Of a stretch of 64,000 nucleotides of DNA, positions 21,534 through 32,529 are shown one piece after another. The position numbers and the translations under genes were made by a program. The notes beneath the pieces were generated by a model, which was given only the letters and a program-made list of their open reading frames with translations, had not been told where the DNA came from and did no database searches. The stretch lies in the NCBI GenBank assembly GCA_020721255.1, contig DYND01000003.1, forward strand, positions 14,173 through 78,172. The letters are read 5' to 3'. Position 1 is the stretch's first letter. Every line of letters begins with the position of its first letter. Origin of the DNA: Chlorobium chlorochromatii (GTDB lineage Bacteria > Bacteroidota > Chlorobiia > Chlorobiales > Chlorobiaceae).

Positions 21534-22919
21534 ATGCACTCAAATTATCAAGAAACAACATCACGTCCAGCAAAACGTGTTGCTGCTATCACACTTGGCT
21601 GTAAACTCAACTACGCAGAAACATCTGCTATACTTGATCAGTTATGGCATGAAGGATGGAAACTATCAACCATTGAAGCGGGCGCTGATCTTATTATTAT
21701 TCATACTTGCGCAGTCACAAAACAGGCTGAAAAGAAGTGCCGGCAAAAAATACGATCACTGATTAAAAAATATCCAGAAACCCATATTGCCGTTATTGGC
21801 TGTTATGCTCAACTACAAAAACCGGAACTGTTTGACATACATGGCATCGACTGCATACTGGGGAGTGCTGATAAATTTGAGCTGTCGTGGTATAACGCAT
21901 TAGGAGAAAAAAAAATATCCGATACGCTTGTTCACATTACTCCAGCTCATACGCTTACAACAATATATCCAGGATATTCATTACCTGCTTCGAGTGGCAA
22001 TGAAAGAACTCGTGCATTTTTAAAAATACAGGATGGATGTGATTACGGTTGTTCGTACTGCACAATTCCGTTGTTACGAGGCGCATCTCGATCGCTGCCG
22101 GTTGCAACAATTCTTGAACGTGCAACACTCCTTGCGGCATCCGGCTATCGAGAAATTGTGCTGACCGGCGTTAATACCGGCGACTATAAAGCGGATGGCA
22201 AAACACTGTGCGACCTTTTACGTGAACTTGAACATGTTGCAATTAACCGAATCCGAATCAGCTCCCTGGAGCCCGATATTGTTACAGATGAACTCGTTGG
22301 TCTGATAGCAACGTCGAGCAACATTGTTCCCCATTTACATCTTCCATTGCAAAGCGGTTCTAATTCCATCCTGAAAGCTATGCAACGCCGTTACAGCACG
22401 GCAATGTATCGGGAAAGGGTACAAAAAACGATGACGCACCTTCCAGAATGCACCATCGGAACCGACATTATGGTTGGCTATCCGGGCGAAACAGAAGAGG
22501 ATTTTCTTCAGATGTATCGCTTTATTGAAGAACTGCCTCTCGCATATCTGCATATTTTCAGTTACTCACTTCGGCCAGGCACAGCGCTTGCAGAGCAAAT
22601 TAAGCGTGGTGAACGTAAACTTATTACACTAGATGAAATCGCCCGTCGTTATCGATTACTCACAGAGCTTGGGCATAGAAAAGAGATAAAACATAAAACT
22701 CTGGCTCTTGGTAAAACATCGCTGGTACTTTTTGAGCAAACAAAAGAGACACCTCATGGAGATGCTCAATGCAGTGGCTATACACGAAATTATCTCAACG
22801 TCATTGTTGAGAGTGATAACCAAACAATGGTAAAAGCATTGAAAGGGAATGAAGTACTTGTCCACATTGACTCGCTGGACGATGATTTGAATTTAAGAGG
22901 GAGAGTACTATCTTCATAG
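21534..22919 (+). CDS. mtaB: tRNA t6A37 methylthiotransferase MtaB (radical SAM)
   Basis: TLGCKLNYAET, HTCAVT, RTRAFLKIQDGCDYGCSYC, PLQSGS. Confidence 0.93.
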   Translation: MHSNYQETTSRPAKRVAAITLGCKLNYAETSAILDQLWHEGWKLSTIEAGADLIIIHTCAVTKQAEKKCRQKIRSLIKKYPETHIAVIGCYAQLQKPELFDIHGIDCILGSADKFELSWYNALGEKKISDTLVHITPAHTLTTIYPGYSLPASSGNERTRAFLKIQDGCDYGCSYCTIPLLRGASRSLPVATILERATLLAASGYREIVLTGVNTGDYKADGKTLCDLLRELEHVAINRIRISSLEPDIVTDELVGLIATSSNIVPHLHLPLQSGSNSILKAMQRRYSTAMYRERVQKTMTHLPECTIGTDIMVGYPGETEEDFLQMYRFIEELPLAYLHIFSYSLRPGTALAEQIKRGERKLITLDEIARRYRLLTELGHRKEIKHKTLALGKTSLVLFEQTKETPHGDAQCSGYTRNYLNVIVESDNQTMVKALKGNEVLVHIDSLDDDLNLRGRVLSS

Positions 22920-22972
22920 TTTATGCAATAAGGTCGCATTGTTCGCTTCTTAAACCAAACCAAGACGTATCC

Positions 22973-23506
22973 ATGCCAATTAAATCACGTATCCGCGCGA
23001 TTCCTGACTACCCTAAAAAAGGAATTCTTTTCCGCGATATTACCACACTCATTAAAGATCCCGTAGGATTCCGACTCACTATCGACAGCCTGACTCAGCA
23101 CTATCTTCAAGAAGGTATGGATTTTGATGTTATTGTCGGTATTGAGGCAAGAGGTTTTATTATCGGTGGAGCATTAGCTTACACTCTCGGTAAAGGATTT
23201 GTGCCTGTAAGAAAGCCAGGTAAACTACCTGCTGACGTCATTTCGCAGGAATATGCGCTTGAGTATGGTACCGACAAAATTGAGATTCATGTGGATGCAC
23301 TTGAAGCGGGTCAAAAAGTGCTGCTTGTGGACGATCTGCTTGCCACTGGCGGTACCGCACTTGCTGCAGCAGCGCTTGTTGAAAAGGTTGGAGGAATTGT
23401 CTCTGAAATGGCATTTATCGTGAACCTGCCCGATATTGGTGGCGAGAGAAAAATTCTTGAAAAAGGCTATAACGTTTATTCATTGACAGAGTTTGAAGGC
23501 GAATAA
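22973..23506 (+). CDS. apt: Adenine phosphoribosyltransferase
   Basis: PDYPKKGILFRDIT, EARGF, VDDLLATGGT. Confidence 0.97.
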   Translation: MPIKSRIRAIPDYPKKGILFRDITTLIKDPVGFRLTIDSLTQHYLQEGMDFDVIVGIEARGFIIGGALAYTLGKGFVPVRKPGKLPADVISQEYALEYGTDKIEIHVDALEAGQKVLLVDDLLATGGTALAAAALVEKVGGIVSEMAFIVNLPDIGGERKILEKGYNVYSLTEFEGE

Positions 23507-23538
23507 GCATTCGCATCTGCACTCTGAAAAACCAGTAT

Positions 23539-23564
23539 GAAACGGCAGCAAAAACTGCCGTTTC
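23539..23564. terminator. Hairpin between convergent apt and ftsH
   Basis: GAAACGGCAG-CAAAAA-CTGCCGTTTC, perfect 10-bp stem. Confidence 0.65.
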
Positions 23565-23581
23565 GCTGTTGTACAGGCGGG

Positions 23582-25537
23582 TTACATTCTGATAATAGCG
23601 TGTATATCCTTAGCGCTGAGTGACTCCCGCTCAATCAATGCACCAGCAAGCTGATGTAAAGATTCACGCTTTTCCGTGAGAATTTTTCTGGCATTCTCCA
23701 TACATCCCATAATAATGGTTCGCACCTCCACATCAATCTGGAGAGCAGTCTCTTCACTGTATTCACGAATATGAGAATAATCCTTACCAAGAAAAACCTC
23801 TTTATGACTGTCGCCATAATTGATTGGTCCTAGCTTTTCGCTCATCCCCCATTGGCGAACCATCCGACGTGCAATATCAGTCGCTTTTTCAATATCATTC
23901 GCCGCGCCTGTACTCACCTCATTAAACGTCAACTCCTCAGCAACTCTACCACCGAGCGCGTAAGTAATCATGGCAAGCAAATATTCACGATTATGCGTAT
24001 AACGATCTTCAAGTGGCAGATAAGCCGTAAGACCCAAACTTCTACCACGCGGAATAATTGTCACTTTATGGATAGGATCCGAACCGCTTGTAAACATTGA
24101 AACAAGCACATGCCCCGCTTCATGATAGGCAGTCAGTTTTTTCTGCTCATCAGAAATCACCATACTTTTTCGCTCCGTCCCCATCAAAATCTTATCACGA
24201 GCCTGCTCAAAATTGTCCGCATTAAGAACATCCTGATTACTACGTGAGGCTAAAAGTGCCGCTTCATTGACCAGATTTGCCAAGTCTGCACCAGAAAATC
24301 CAGGAGAGCTTTTTGCAACAACCGTAATATCAACGCTCTCATCAAGCGGAGTATTGCGTGTGTGAATTTTCAGAATAGCTTCACGCCCGCGAATATCAGG
24401 TTTATCAATCGTAATCTGGCGGTCAAAACGACCCGGACGCAAAAGCGCACTATCGAGCACATCTGGTCGGTTAGTCGCCGCAATAAGGATAACATTTTCG
24501 TTCGTCGTAAAACCGTCCATCTCAACAAGAAGTTGATTCAGTGTCTGCTCACGCTCATCATGCCCACCACCCAAACCGGCTCCACGGCTGCGCCCGACTG
24601 CATCAATTTCATCTATAAAAACAATACATGGTGAATTTTTCTTTGCCTGTTCAAACAAGTCCCGCACTCTTGCAGCCCCAACACCAACAAACATCTCAAC
24701 AAAATCCGCACCCGACATCGAAAAAAACGGCACCTTTGCCTCACCTGCTATCGCTTTGGCAAGTAACGTTTTACCCGTACCCGGAGGGCCAAGCAGCAAC
24801 ACCCCTTTTGGTATTTTACCACCTATCTTCTGAAATTTTTCAGGATTCGTCAAAAACTCTACAGTCTCCTGCAGCTCCTCAATCGCCTCGTCAACGCCAG
24901 CCACATCTTTAAACGTCACCTTAACATCAAATTCACTTATAAGCTTGGCACGACTTTTACCAAAACTGAACATATTTTTTGCCTGAGCACCCGCTTGCCC
25001 ATTCATCCGTCGCATCACAAAAAAATAGATAAAGCCGAAAATGATCCATGGGCCAAAGAGCATCAAAAATGTTGTGAGACCGCTGGTACCCTGCTCAACC
25101 TTAATTTTGATTCCTTTATCAGCTAAAATATCAATCTGTTCCAACGGAAATGAGGGCAACCGAACAGCAAACCGATTCGTCTGCATGGCTGTACCATTAG
25201 CCAGAGGAAGTTGCATCGACTCCCGAAGCTGCACTGTCAACATAGTCGATTTATCCTCAAACGTCTTGACTGTTACAGCAGTAACAAGAGATCGAGACAG
25301 CACTGATTTGTATTCGCTATAGGTGATTTCAGGTCCGTCATTACCAGCAAAAAAACGTTGAAACACGAAAAGCGATAATAAACCCAGCATTAAAATCAGA
25401 ATAATTCGAGGAAACTTTCCCTGCGGACTATCCCCTGAGCCTTGAAACCAACCGGCATTTTGATCTTCATCACCAACCGGCTTAAATTTATTGCGTGAAC
25501 TTGCCTTGCCTGATCGCTTCTGTTGATTTTCAGCCAT
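23582..25537 (-). CDS. ftsH: ATP-dependent zinc metalloprotease FtsH
   Basis: Two TM helices, [26 protein letters not shown]; start chosen at MAENQQ. Confidence 0.97.
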   Translation of the reverse strand: MAENQQKRSGKASSRNKFKPVGDEDQNAGWFQGSGDSPQGKFPRIILILMLGLLSLFVFQRFFAGNDGPEITYSEYKSVLSRSLVTAVTVKTFEDKSTMLTVQLRESMQLPLANGTAMQTNRFAVRLPSFPLEQIDILADKGIKIKVEQGTSGLTTFLMLFGPWIIFGFIYFFVMRRMNGQAGAQAKNMFSFGKSRAKLISEFDVKVTFKDVAGVDEAIEELQETVEFLTNPEKFQKIGGKIPKGVLLLGPPGTGKTLLAKAIAGEAKVPFFSMSGADFVEMFVGVGAARVRDLFEQAKKNSPCIVFIDEIDAVGRSRGAGLGGGHDEREQTLNQLLVEMDGFTTNENVILIAATNRPDVLDSALLRPGRFDRQITIDKPDIRGREAILKIHTRNTPLDESVDITVVAKSSPGFSGADLANLVNEAALLASRSNQDVLNADNFEQARDKILMGTERKSMVISDEQKKLTAYHEAGHVLVSMFTSGSDPIHKVTIIPRGRSLGLTAYLPLEDRYTHNREYLLAMITYALGGRVAEELTFNEVSTGAANDIEKATDIARRMVRQWGMSEKLGPINYGDSHKEVFLGKDYSHIREYSEETALQIDVEVRTIIMGCMENARKILTEKRESLHQLAGALIERESLSAKDIHAIIRM

Positions 25538-25805
25538 AACTGTAAAAATGTGATAAAAATAAAAAATATTGTCTTCTCCGTGAGGAGTAATTAAAAACAA
25601 AATAAAAGGTATAACGATAAGCAAAAACAAAAAGTCTCTCAATGATTTTTTCATCAAAAGAGAAGCAAAGACGCTGAATCCTGAAAATCAAAAGTTTCGG
25701 GTTAAATTCTTGTATCTTGTGGCTAAATGCAATGAGTTTTTCTTAAATTCAGCGCACTCGCATTGAATTACTTTACTCTCAACAATTAACAGCACAACGC
25801 TCATT

Positions 25806-27314
25806 ATGGTTGGTCAAAGGGTTAGAACAAGGTTTGCACCATCTCCTACAGGATATCTGCATGTAGGAGGATTGAGAACAGCTCTCTACAATTACCTGTA
25901 TGCAAAAAAAATGAAAGGCGACTTCATTATCAGAATTGAAGACACCGATCAAAGCAGAAAGGTTGAGGACGCACAAAAAAATCTTATCAAAACTCTTGAG
26001 TGGGCAGGAATTATTGCCGATGAAAGTCCTGAGCATGGTGGAAATTTCGGTCCTTACGTTCAATCTGAAAGGCTTGATATTTATGCACAATATTGCAAGC
26101 AGCTCCTGAACAATCAGCACGCCTACTACTGTTTTGCAACACATGATGAACTTGAGGAAAATCGCCAACTGCAAATTAAACAAGGGCTTCAGCCAAAATA
26201 TAACCGTAAATGGCTCCCCGAAGAGATGGGCGGTAACATGCCTGCAAGCATCATTAAGCAAAAACTTGAATCGGGAGCGCCTTACGTCATCCGCATGAAA
26301 GTGCCAGATTATGTCTCCATCTGGTTTGAAGATATTATTAGAGGCCCTATTGAATTTGACTCCTCCACCGTTGATGATCAGGTCTTGATGAAATCCGACG
26401 GTTTTCCAACTTACCATTTCGCCAGTGTCATCGACGACCACTTAATGGAATTCACTCACATTATTCGCGGTGAAGAGTGGCTCTCCTCAATGCCTAAGCA
26501 TTTATTACTTTATGAATTTTTCGGATGGGAAGCACCAAAAGTTGCTCATCTTCCTTTGTTACTCAATCCTGACCGCTCAAAACTCAGCAAACGGCAAGGT
26601 GATGTTGCTGTTGAGGATTATATCCGAAAAGGATACAGTGCTGAAGCAATTATCAATTTTGTCGCAATGCTCGGCTGGAATGAAGGAGAGGGAAGCGAAC
26701 AAGAGGTATATGGAATGAAAGAACTAACCGAAAAATTCTCCTTGGAACGGGTGGGCAAAGCGGGCGCGGTCTTCAATATTGAAAAACTCAACTGGCTCGA
26801 AAAACAGTATATCAAAAACAGACCCACAGAACAGTTAATTGCCGCTATCAAACCAATTCTTTCGGCAGAACTGAAGCAGAAAACATCGCTGATGCCTCTT
26901 GAAATAATTACCAGTGAGGTCTATCTCGAAAAAGTTATTGAATTAATGCGTGAACGTGTAGGTCTGGAGCATGAGTTTGTAACCTTTTCTACCTACTTCT
27001 ATTTCGAACCGGAATCCTATGACGAAGAGGCTATTAAAAAAAGGTGGACAGTCGATACCAATACTCTCTTGCTCGAGTTTGTAACAATTCTCGAATCACT
27101 CGAAGAGTTCAGTGCCGACAATATTGAAACGCAACTCAAAGGATTTGTTGAACCGAAAGGACTGAAAGCTGCTGTGCTGATTCACCCCCTGAGAATTCTC
27201 TCCTCTGGAGTAAGCTTTGGACCGAGCTTGTATCACATGCTGGAAGTTTTGGGCAAAGAAACAGTACTGCGACGCATCCGTACCGGCATAAAAAAACTTG
27301 CATATCCAGTATAA
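25806..27314 (+). CDS. gltX: Glutamate--tRNA ligase
   Basis: [14 protein letters not shown] (HIGH), KLSKR (KMSKS). Confidence 0.98.
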   Translation: MVGQRVRTRFAPSPTGYLHVGGLRTALYNYLYAKKMKGDFIIRIEDTDQSRKVEDAQKNLIKTLEWAGIIADESPEHGGNFGPYVQSERLDIYAQYCKQLLNNQHAYYCFATHDELEENRQLQIKQGLQPKYNRKWLPEEMGGNMPASIIKQKLESGAPYVIRMKVPDYVSIWFEDIIRGPIEFDSSTVDDQVLMKSDGFPTYHFASVIDDHLMEFTHIIRGEEWLSSMPKHLLLYEFFGWEAPKVAHLPLLLNPDRSKLSKRQGDVAVEDYIRKGYSAEAIINFVAMLGWNEGEGSEQEVYGMKELTEKFSLERVGKAGAVFNIEKLNWLEKQYIKNRPTEQLIAAIKPILSAELKQKTSLMPLEIITSEVYLEKVIELMRERVGLEHEFVTFSTYFYFEPESYDEEAIKKRWTVDTNTLLLEFVTILESLEEFSADNIETQLKGFVEPKGLKAAVLIHPLRILSSGVSFGPSLYHMLEVLGKETVLRRIRTGIKKLAYPV

Positions 27315-27321
27315 TGCTTAC

Positions 27322-27371
27322 AAAAATCACCATACGGAGTTATAAATCATTTACACTGCATGGTGATTTTT
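27322..27371 (+). terminator. Hairpin after gltX
   Basis: AAAAATCACCAT...ATGGTGATTTTT inverted repeat followed by T-rich sequence. Confidence 0.5.
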
Positions 27372-27418
27372 CTTTTGTTATATAATAGTTTTATTCCTAT
27401 ATTTTGCTCGCTTTTGAA

Positions 27419-27491
27419 GGACAGATAGCTCAGTTGGTAGAGCAAAGGACTGAAAATCCTTGTGTCGTGGGTTCGATTCCCTCTCTGTCCA
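27419..27491 (+). tRNA. tRNA-Phe (GAA), CCA not encoded
   Basis: Acceptor GGACAGA/TCTGTCC, D arm GCTC-AGTTGGTA-GAGC, anticodon arm AAGGA-CTGAAAA-TCCTT, GGTTCGATTCC T loop. Confidence 0.96.
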
Positions 27492-27618
27492 CAATCATGT
27501 ATAAAAATATCCTCTCTTTTTTCTTCTCTCTCTCTTACACTTTCAGTAAAGGCAATTTCTGGCATAATTTATATGCAACACTCCTGAAAGTCGTCCGTGA
27601 ACGTCACCATCACTTGGT

Positions 27619-28743
27619 ATGAATATCACCACACAGCTTGATCAAGAAATCTGGCATAATTTGAAGCAGCCGGGAGCTTACGAATGGTGGTATTTTGACG
27701 CTGAAGATAAAGCAACAGGCATCTCTTTTGTGCTTATCTGGTTTTCTGGTTTTCCATTTTCACCTTACTATACATCTCATTACGAATCATGGAAAAGAAA
27801 CAAATCAGCTCCACCTCTACCGGAAGATTACTCTGGCTTCAGTTTTCAACTTTATGAGCACAGTTCTGAAATTTTGAATTTTATTCGTGAAGGGAATCGA
27901 GAATTATTTAAAAGCAATTGCTCGGATATTGGCGTCAGATTTGAAAATAATCGTTTTACTTACGACACGCTGAAAGACGAATATGCGCTTGATATTGACT
28001 TTTTATTCCCTGCTCGCAAGAAAAAAGTAACCGCAGCATTACGTTTTAAGCCAAGTCAACACATCCGATATGAAAAAAAAGATACTAATAATAATGCAGG
28101 CAATGTAACGCAACACCAATGGTTGCTCCGCATTCCAAAAGCAGAGGTTACCGGCACCATAAAAATTGTTGGCTCAAAAACTGTTCGCACTATTCCTGTA
28201 AACGCTACAGGATATCACGACCATAATCTTGGCACAGTGCCAATGCAGGAATATATAGCACGCTGGTATTGGGGGCGAGCGTTTTCTGAGCGCTTTAATC
28301 TTATTTATTATGTTATCTTTTTTAAAAACAATACCTATAAGCCATTAACGCTTATTATGTTGCAGGATAATGCCGACGAGAACGTTATCGTCTATGACTC
28401 GCTGCATATTAAAGAAAATCAGTTTAAGCGTGGTCTTTTTGCACCGCGGCACAGTATGAATCTTACCTTGGCTCATAATGATTTTCAACTGCACATCTCT
28501 CATAGACAAGTACTGGATGCGGGTCCTTTTTATCTCCGATTCACCTCTACTATTTCTTTGGAAAGAGAAAGCAAACAAGAAGAAAAGCTAACAGGTATTT
28601 CCGAATTTCTCAACCCACTACGACTCCAATCAAAAACAATGCTCTTCTTTATCAAAAGTCGTATTTGGAGAGATGGCGAACAATCAATCATGTATAGTGC
28701 TTATAATAACTTTAAACGCGCTTTGGATTGGAATAATCGTTGA
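27619..28743 (+). CDS. crtC: Carotenoid 1,2-hydratase (hydroxyneurosporene synthase)
   Basis: PGAYEWWYFDAED, GYHDHNLG, WYWGR, LDAGPFYLR motifs; directly upstream of petC-petB as in Chlorobi. Confidence 0.82.
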   Translation: MNITTQLDQEIWHNLKQPGAYEWWYFDAEDKATGISFVLIWFSGFPFSPYYTSHYESWKRNKSAPPLPEDYSGFSFQLYEHSSEILNFIREGNRELFKSNCSDIGVRFENNRFTYDTLKDEYALDIDFLFPARKKKVTAALRFKPSQHIRYEKKDTNNNAGNVTQHQWLLRIPKAEVTGTIKIVGSKTVRTIPVNATGYHDHNLGTVPMQEYIARWYWGRAFSERFNLIYYVIFFKNNTYKPLTLIMLQDNADENVIVYDSLHIKENQFKRGLFAPRHSMNLTLAHNDFQLHISHRQVLDAGPFYLRFTSTISLERESKQEEKLTGISEFLNPLRLQSKTMLFFIKSRIWRDGEQSIMYSAYNNFKRALDWNNR

Positions 28744-28888
28744 AAAAATTATAAATTCACTCACCGTTTTTAAAGCCTTAGCTCAAAATTAGCTGTCGAG
28801 TATAAAAAACGGACACAGGTTATGCATTGTTTTTAGGCACAATCATTTATCTTTCATAAGAACATATTTAAAAAGGAGATAGCTTGTA

Positions 28889-29434
28889 ATGGCACAACAA
28901 GGTAATTTCAAGAGTCCGGCGAGGATGGCCGCACTTGAAGATGGTGCACCTCTCTCTTCAGCCGGTGCTGTTTCCGGCGGGAAAGCGCGTGAACAGGGAT
29001 TAGGTGGAGTGAATTTTGAGCGTCGCAGTTTTCTCGGTAAAGTCGTTGCTGGTGTCGGTGCTGCTGTAGCTGTTACAACACTCTATCCTGTCGTTAAATT
29101 TATTATCCCTCCAGCTAAAGAGTTCAGCAACGACAATGAAAAAATTGTTGGAAAAGCTTCAGAAGTTCCAGAAAAAACTGGCAAAATTTTCCAGTTCAAC
29201 AAAGATAAAGTAATCGTTATCAATGATAACGGAACGTTGACTGCATGCAGCGCAGTATGCACTCACCTCGGATGTCTTGTCCACTGGGAACCAAAAGATA
29301 ACGTAATTTTCTGCCCCTGCCACGGTGCGAAGTACAAACAAACTGGAGAAATTATCTCAGGCCCACAACCTTTACCTTTAGCTCAATTTAAAGCAAGAGT
29401 TGAGGGAGAAGATCTTATCATTGCTAAATCTTAA
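28889..29434 (+). CDS. petC: Rieske iron-sulfur protein of the cytochrome bc complex
   Basis: Tat motif ERRSFL, CTHLGC, CPCHG. Confidence 0.96.
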   Translation: MAQQGNFKSPARMAALEDGAPLSSAGAVSGGKAREQGLGGVNFERRSFLGKVVAGVGAAVAVTTLYPVVKFIIPPAKEFSNDNEKIVGKASEVPEKTGKIFQFNKDKVIVINDNGTLTACSAVCTHLGCLVHWEPKDNVIFCPCHGAKYKQTGEIISGPQPLPLAQFKARVEGEDLIIAKS

Positions 29435-29469
29435 CCTTTAATACTCGAAACCCAAGGGAGTCAGAAAAT

Positions 29470-30723
29470 ATGGCTGAAAACAATCAAAACGCTGTGGCAG
29501 GTAAAGCGGCTGCCAAGCCGAAACCCGCTGCTCCTGGTGCTGCCAAGCCGGTCGCCCCAAGCACAGCAAAACCAGCAGCAAAAGCAGTTGCATCTAATGA
29601 TGGCGGTGTTTATAAACCACCGGTAGATCGTCCAGCAACAAATCCGTACAAAGATTCTCGAAGCAGCTCAATCGGAGCATGGTTTAATGAACGATTTTAC
29701 GTAATGCTGCCAATTATTGAATATTTAAAGAAAAAAGAAGTTCCACAGCATCGTCTTTCAATGTGGTACTATTTTGGTGGTCTCACACTCTTTTTCTTTA
29801 TGATTCAGGTTATCACCGGTCTGCTTCTTCTACAATATTACAAACCAACTGAGGCTGAAGCATTTGCATCATTTGTCTTCATTCAGCAACAGATTCCTTA
29901 TGGATGGCTCATTCGCCAGATTCATGCTTGGTCAGCAAACCTGATGATTCTGATGATTTTCATCCACATGTTCAGCACTTTCTTTATGAAGTCGTATCGG
30001 AAACCACGTGAACTTATGTGGATCAGCGGCTTTGTACTCATGCTGATCAGTCTTGGATTTGGGTTCACTGGGTATCTCCTTCCATGGAACGAGTTGGCAT
30101 TTTTTGCAACACAGGTAGGTACAGAAGTTCCAAAAGTTGCTCCTGGTGGAGCGCTGATGGTTGAAATTCTTCGTGGTGGTGAAGAGGTAAGCGGAGAAAC
30201 ACTAACCCGCATGTTCTCTCTCCACGTTGTTCTTCTTCCTGGCGTTATTATGCTTGCACTTGCAGCACACTTAATGCTTGTACAGGTTCTTGGTACTTCA
30301 GCACCTATTGGCTACAAAGAGTCTGGCATGATTAAGGGCTATGAGAAATTCTTCCCAACATTCCTTGCTAAAGATGCAATCGGCTGGATTATTGGCTTTG
30401 GCTTGCTTGTCTATCTTGCAGTTGTTTTCCCATGGGAAATTGGTGTCAAGGCTGATGCTCTTGCTCCTGCACCACTTGGAATTAAACCGGAGTGGTACTT
30501 CTGGGCACAGTTCCAGATGCTCAAAGATTTTAAATTTGAGGGCGGAGAACTTCTTGCTATCGTTCTTTTAACCACCGGTGGTATTCTCTGGGCGCTTGTT
30601 CCATTCCTTGATTTTAAAGCTTCAAGAGAGGAAAAAAGTCCAATCTTTACCATTCTTGGTCTTGTCGTTATGGCCTTCTTGCTGATTAACACCTATCGTG
30701 TGTTCGCAGAGTATGGCTGGTAA
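29470..30723 (+). CDS. petB: Cytochrome b (b6 plus subunit IV in one chain)
   Basis: [36 protein letters not shown]; Ala/Pro/Lys-rich N-terminal extension. Confidence 0.96.
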   Translation: MAENNQNAVAGKAAAKPKPAAPGAAKPVAPSTAKPAAKAVASNDGGVYKPPVDRPATNPYKDSRSSSIGAWFNERFYVMLPIIEYLKKKEVPQHRLSMWYYFGGLTLFFFMIQVITGLLLLQYYKPTEAEAFASFVFIQQQIPYGWLIRQIHAWSANLMILMIFIHMFSTFFMKSYRKPRELMWISGFVLMLISLGFGFTGYLLPWNELAFFATQVGTEVPKVAPGGALMVEILRGGEEVSGETLTRMFSLHVVLLPGVIMLALAAHLMLVQVLGTSAPIGYKESGMIKGYEKFFPTFLAKDAIGWIIGFGLLVYLAVVFPWEIGVKADALAPAPLGIKPEWYFWAQFQMLKDFKFEGGELLAIVLLTTGGILWALVPFLDFKASREEKSPIFTILGLVVMAFLLINTYRVFAEYGW

Positions 30724-30747
30724 ATAACCATTCCTATATGTTAACTC

Positions 30748-30772
30748 AAAAGCCCGGTACTCCCGGGCTTTT
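30748..30772. terminator. Bidirectional terminator between petB and ispE
   Basis: AAAAGCCCGG-TACTC-CCGGGCTTTT. Confidence 0.8.
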
Positions 30773-30785
30773 GGCATTGTATAGC

Positions 30786-31649
30786 CTACTGCTGCATTGA
30801 AAAGCGAGGCGGCGTCAAGCTCATGCGATAAGACCCAGAGCAATGCTTCATTGCAGCCACAGCATCAGACTCATGCTCAAACAAGCCAAACACAGCCGAA
30901 CCACTGCCTGAAAGCGAAGCAAACAATGCACCTGCGTTGAGAAGAAAAGTTTTAACGTCACGCACATTTTGGAAATGATCAAACACTGCTGATTCAAAAT
31001 CATTTTCAAAGAGTGAACAAACCTCTTTTTTCCCAAAATGGCAGAACTCCTCTGCCGCATGTTTCAAATCAGGAACTGTACGATCAAAACGAGTATAAAA
31101 ATTTTTATAAGCCCAAACGGTCGAAATGTTCTCTTCCGGAAAAACCGTAACAATAAAGTAGGGAATCGTGAGACCAAGATCTTCAAGTTCATCGCCAATT
31201 CCTTGAGCATAGGCAAGCCCTGTCATCTCAAGAAAATAGGGAACATCTGCACCAAGCTTAACAGCTACCGAATGTAAATCCGCCGATGAAGCATTGATAT
31301 CCCAAAGACTGTTCAGTACCCTCAAAACCGTTGCTGCATCACTACTTCCTCCACCAAGACCAGCTCCAAAAGGAACCTCCTTATACAGTGTCATAGCAAC
31401 TCCTTTATCAATACCAGCAAACTGCTGCAGTGCTTTTGCTGCTTTGATGCAGAGATTGTTATCGTCAAGAGGCAACGCAACGTTGGAACAACTCATCGAA
31501 ATTTGCGGTGATTCAGCAAACTGAAGTGTATCGTACCAGTTGATTGGGGCAAAAAGAGTCTCAAGTGTATGGTAACCATCGGAACGTTTGCCTGTAATCA
31601 AAAGCCCGAGATTAATTTTTGCAAAAGCTTTAATTGAGAGAGGATGCAT
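30786..31649 (-). CDS. ispE: 4-(cytidine 5'-diphospho)-2-C-methyl-D-erythritol kinase
   Basis: AKINLGL, PFGAGLGGGSSDAA, LGADVP, LSGSGS. Confidence 0.96.
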   Translation of the reverse strand: MHPLSIKAFAKINLGLLITGKRSDGYHTLETLFAPINWYDTLQFAESPQISMSCSNVALPLDDNNLCIKAAKALQQFAGIDKGVAMTLYKEVPFGAGLGGGSSDAATVLRVLNSLWDINASSADLHSVAVKLGADVPYFLEMTGLAYAQGIGDELEDLGLTIPYFIVTVFPEENISTVWAYKNFYTRFDRTVPDLKHAAEEFCHFGKKEVCSLFENDFESAVFDHFQNVRDVKTFLLNAGALFASLSGSGSAVFGLFEHESDAVAAMKHCSGSYRMSLTPPRFSMQQ

Positions 31650-31740
31650 AGAATGCAATTGATTTTATATGAAAAAATTCGACATATTCAACAAGCTTAA
31701 CGTATTACGAAAATAGCGAACCAGAATAAATTGCTGAACC

Positions 31741-32496
31741 ATGTTTTTCCTCACGCTTTCTGATAAAACGAAATCTATTCTTCGTAAAAGCCCGGCAACA
31801 TTGTGCGTGGCGCTTTCGATTGCGCTCTTTTTCCCGCCTGTTGTCCACTCAACCGGTGAACCCTCTTATGCTGAGGAGATACGCCGATGTGTTATTGAAG
31901 ATAAGGTTTATTTGTTACAAAATATCAGGCAAAAAGTGAGCCTTCCTGCTGAAAAGCTTGTGATTGATGCTCTTCTTTCTGAAGATGGACCACAAGCTAT
32001 TACACTTTATCAAAAGCAGTTAACTAATTATCCTGATCCTGTTCTTGATCAAATCAGCAACTCACGCATTGCTGCTTATAGTGTTGCAAAAACAACGACT
32101 ATACCTTTACCACCAGTGACCATACCAAACACAGCACCAAAAGTTTACACGAAACAAACCAAGCCAATAACAACACCTGAAGTGGCGAAGCCAATTGTTC
32201 CTACTCCTCAAAAAGAGGCGATTGCAAAAAAAGTTGAGGCACAACCTATAGTGGTAATAAAGCAAGAACCAGCCGTTGTCGTTAACAAACCTTTTACCTT
32301 GCAGTGTGGTAGTTTCAAAACCAAAGAGAATGCAGAAGCGCTTGCAAAAAAAATATCTCTCACTTCACCGGCGAAGGTGATTCAAGCCGGAGAGCTCTAT
32401 AAAGTACGCCTGAAAGCCACCTATAGCTCAAAAGAGGAGGCTGAAAGAGCTGCAAAAAAGCTGCCATTTGAAGCCATTGCTTTACAAGTTTTATAA
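31741..32496 (+). CDS. SPOR-domain cell envelope protein
   Basis: Signal-like N-terminus, Pro/Thr/Lys linker, C-terminal FTLQCGSFKTKENAEAL...YKVRL. Confidence 0.8.
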   Translation: MFFLTLSDKTKSILRKSPATLCVALSIALFFPPVVHSTGEPSYAEEIRRCVIEDKVYLLQNIRQKVSLPAEKLVIDALLSEDGPQAITLYQKQLTNYPDPVLDQISNSRIAAYSVAKTTTIPLPPVTIPNTAPKVYTKQTKPITTPEVAKPIVPTPQKEAIAKKVEAQPIVVIKQEPAVVVNKPFTLQCGSFKTKENAEALAKKISLTSPAKVIQAGELYKVRLKATYSSKEEAERAAKKLPFEAIALQVL

Positions 32497-32529
32497 CAAG
32501 ACCATGCGTTGCATCAACGGAACTCACTA

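Noticed and set aside
25779-26441. Long antisense or alternative-frame ORFs (this 220-aa ORF, 48219..48839, 57646..58254, 58264..58902 and others)
   Set aside because: They are shadows of well-supported genes on the other strand and carry no recognisable motifs.
27492-27618. Genomic island integrated at tRNA-Phe
   Set aside because: The tRNA is followed directly by crtC-petCB, with no integrase or repeated tRNA 3' end.
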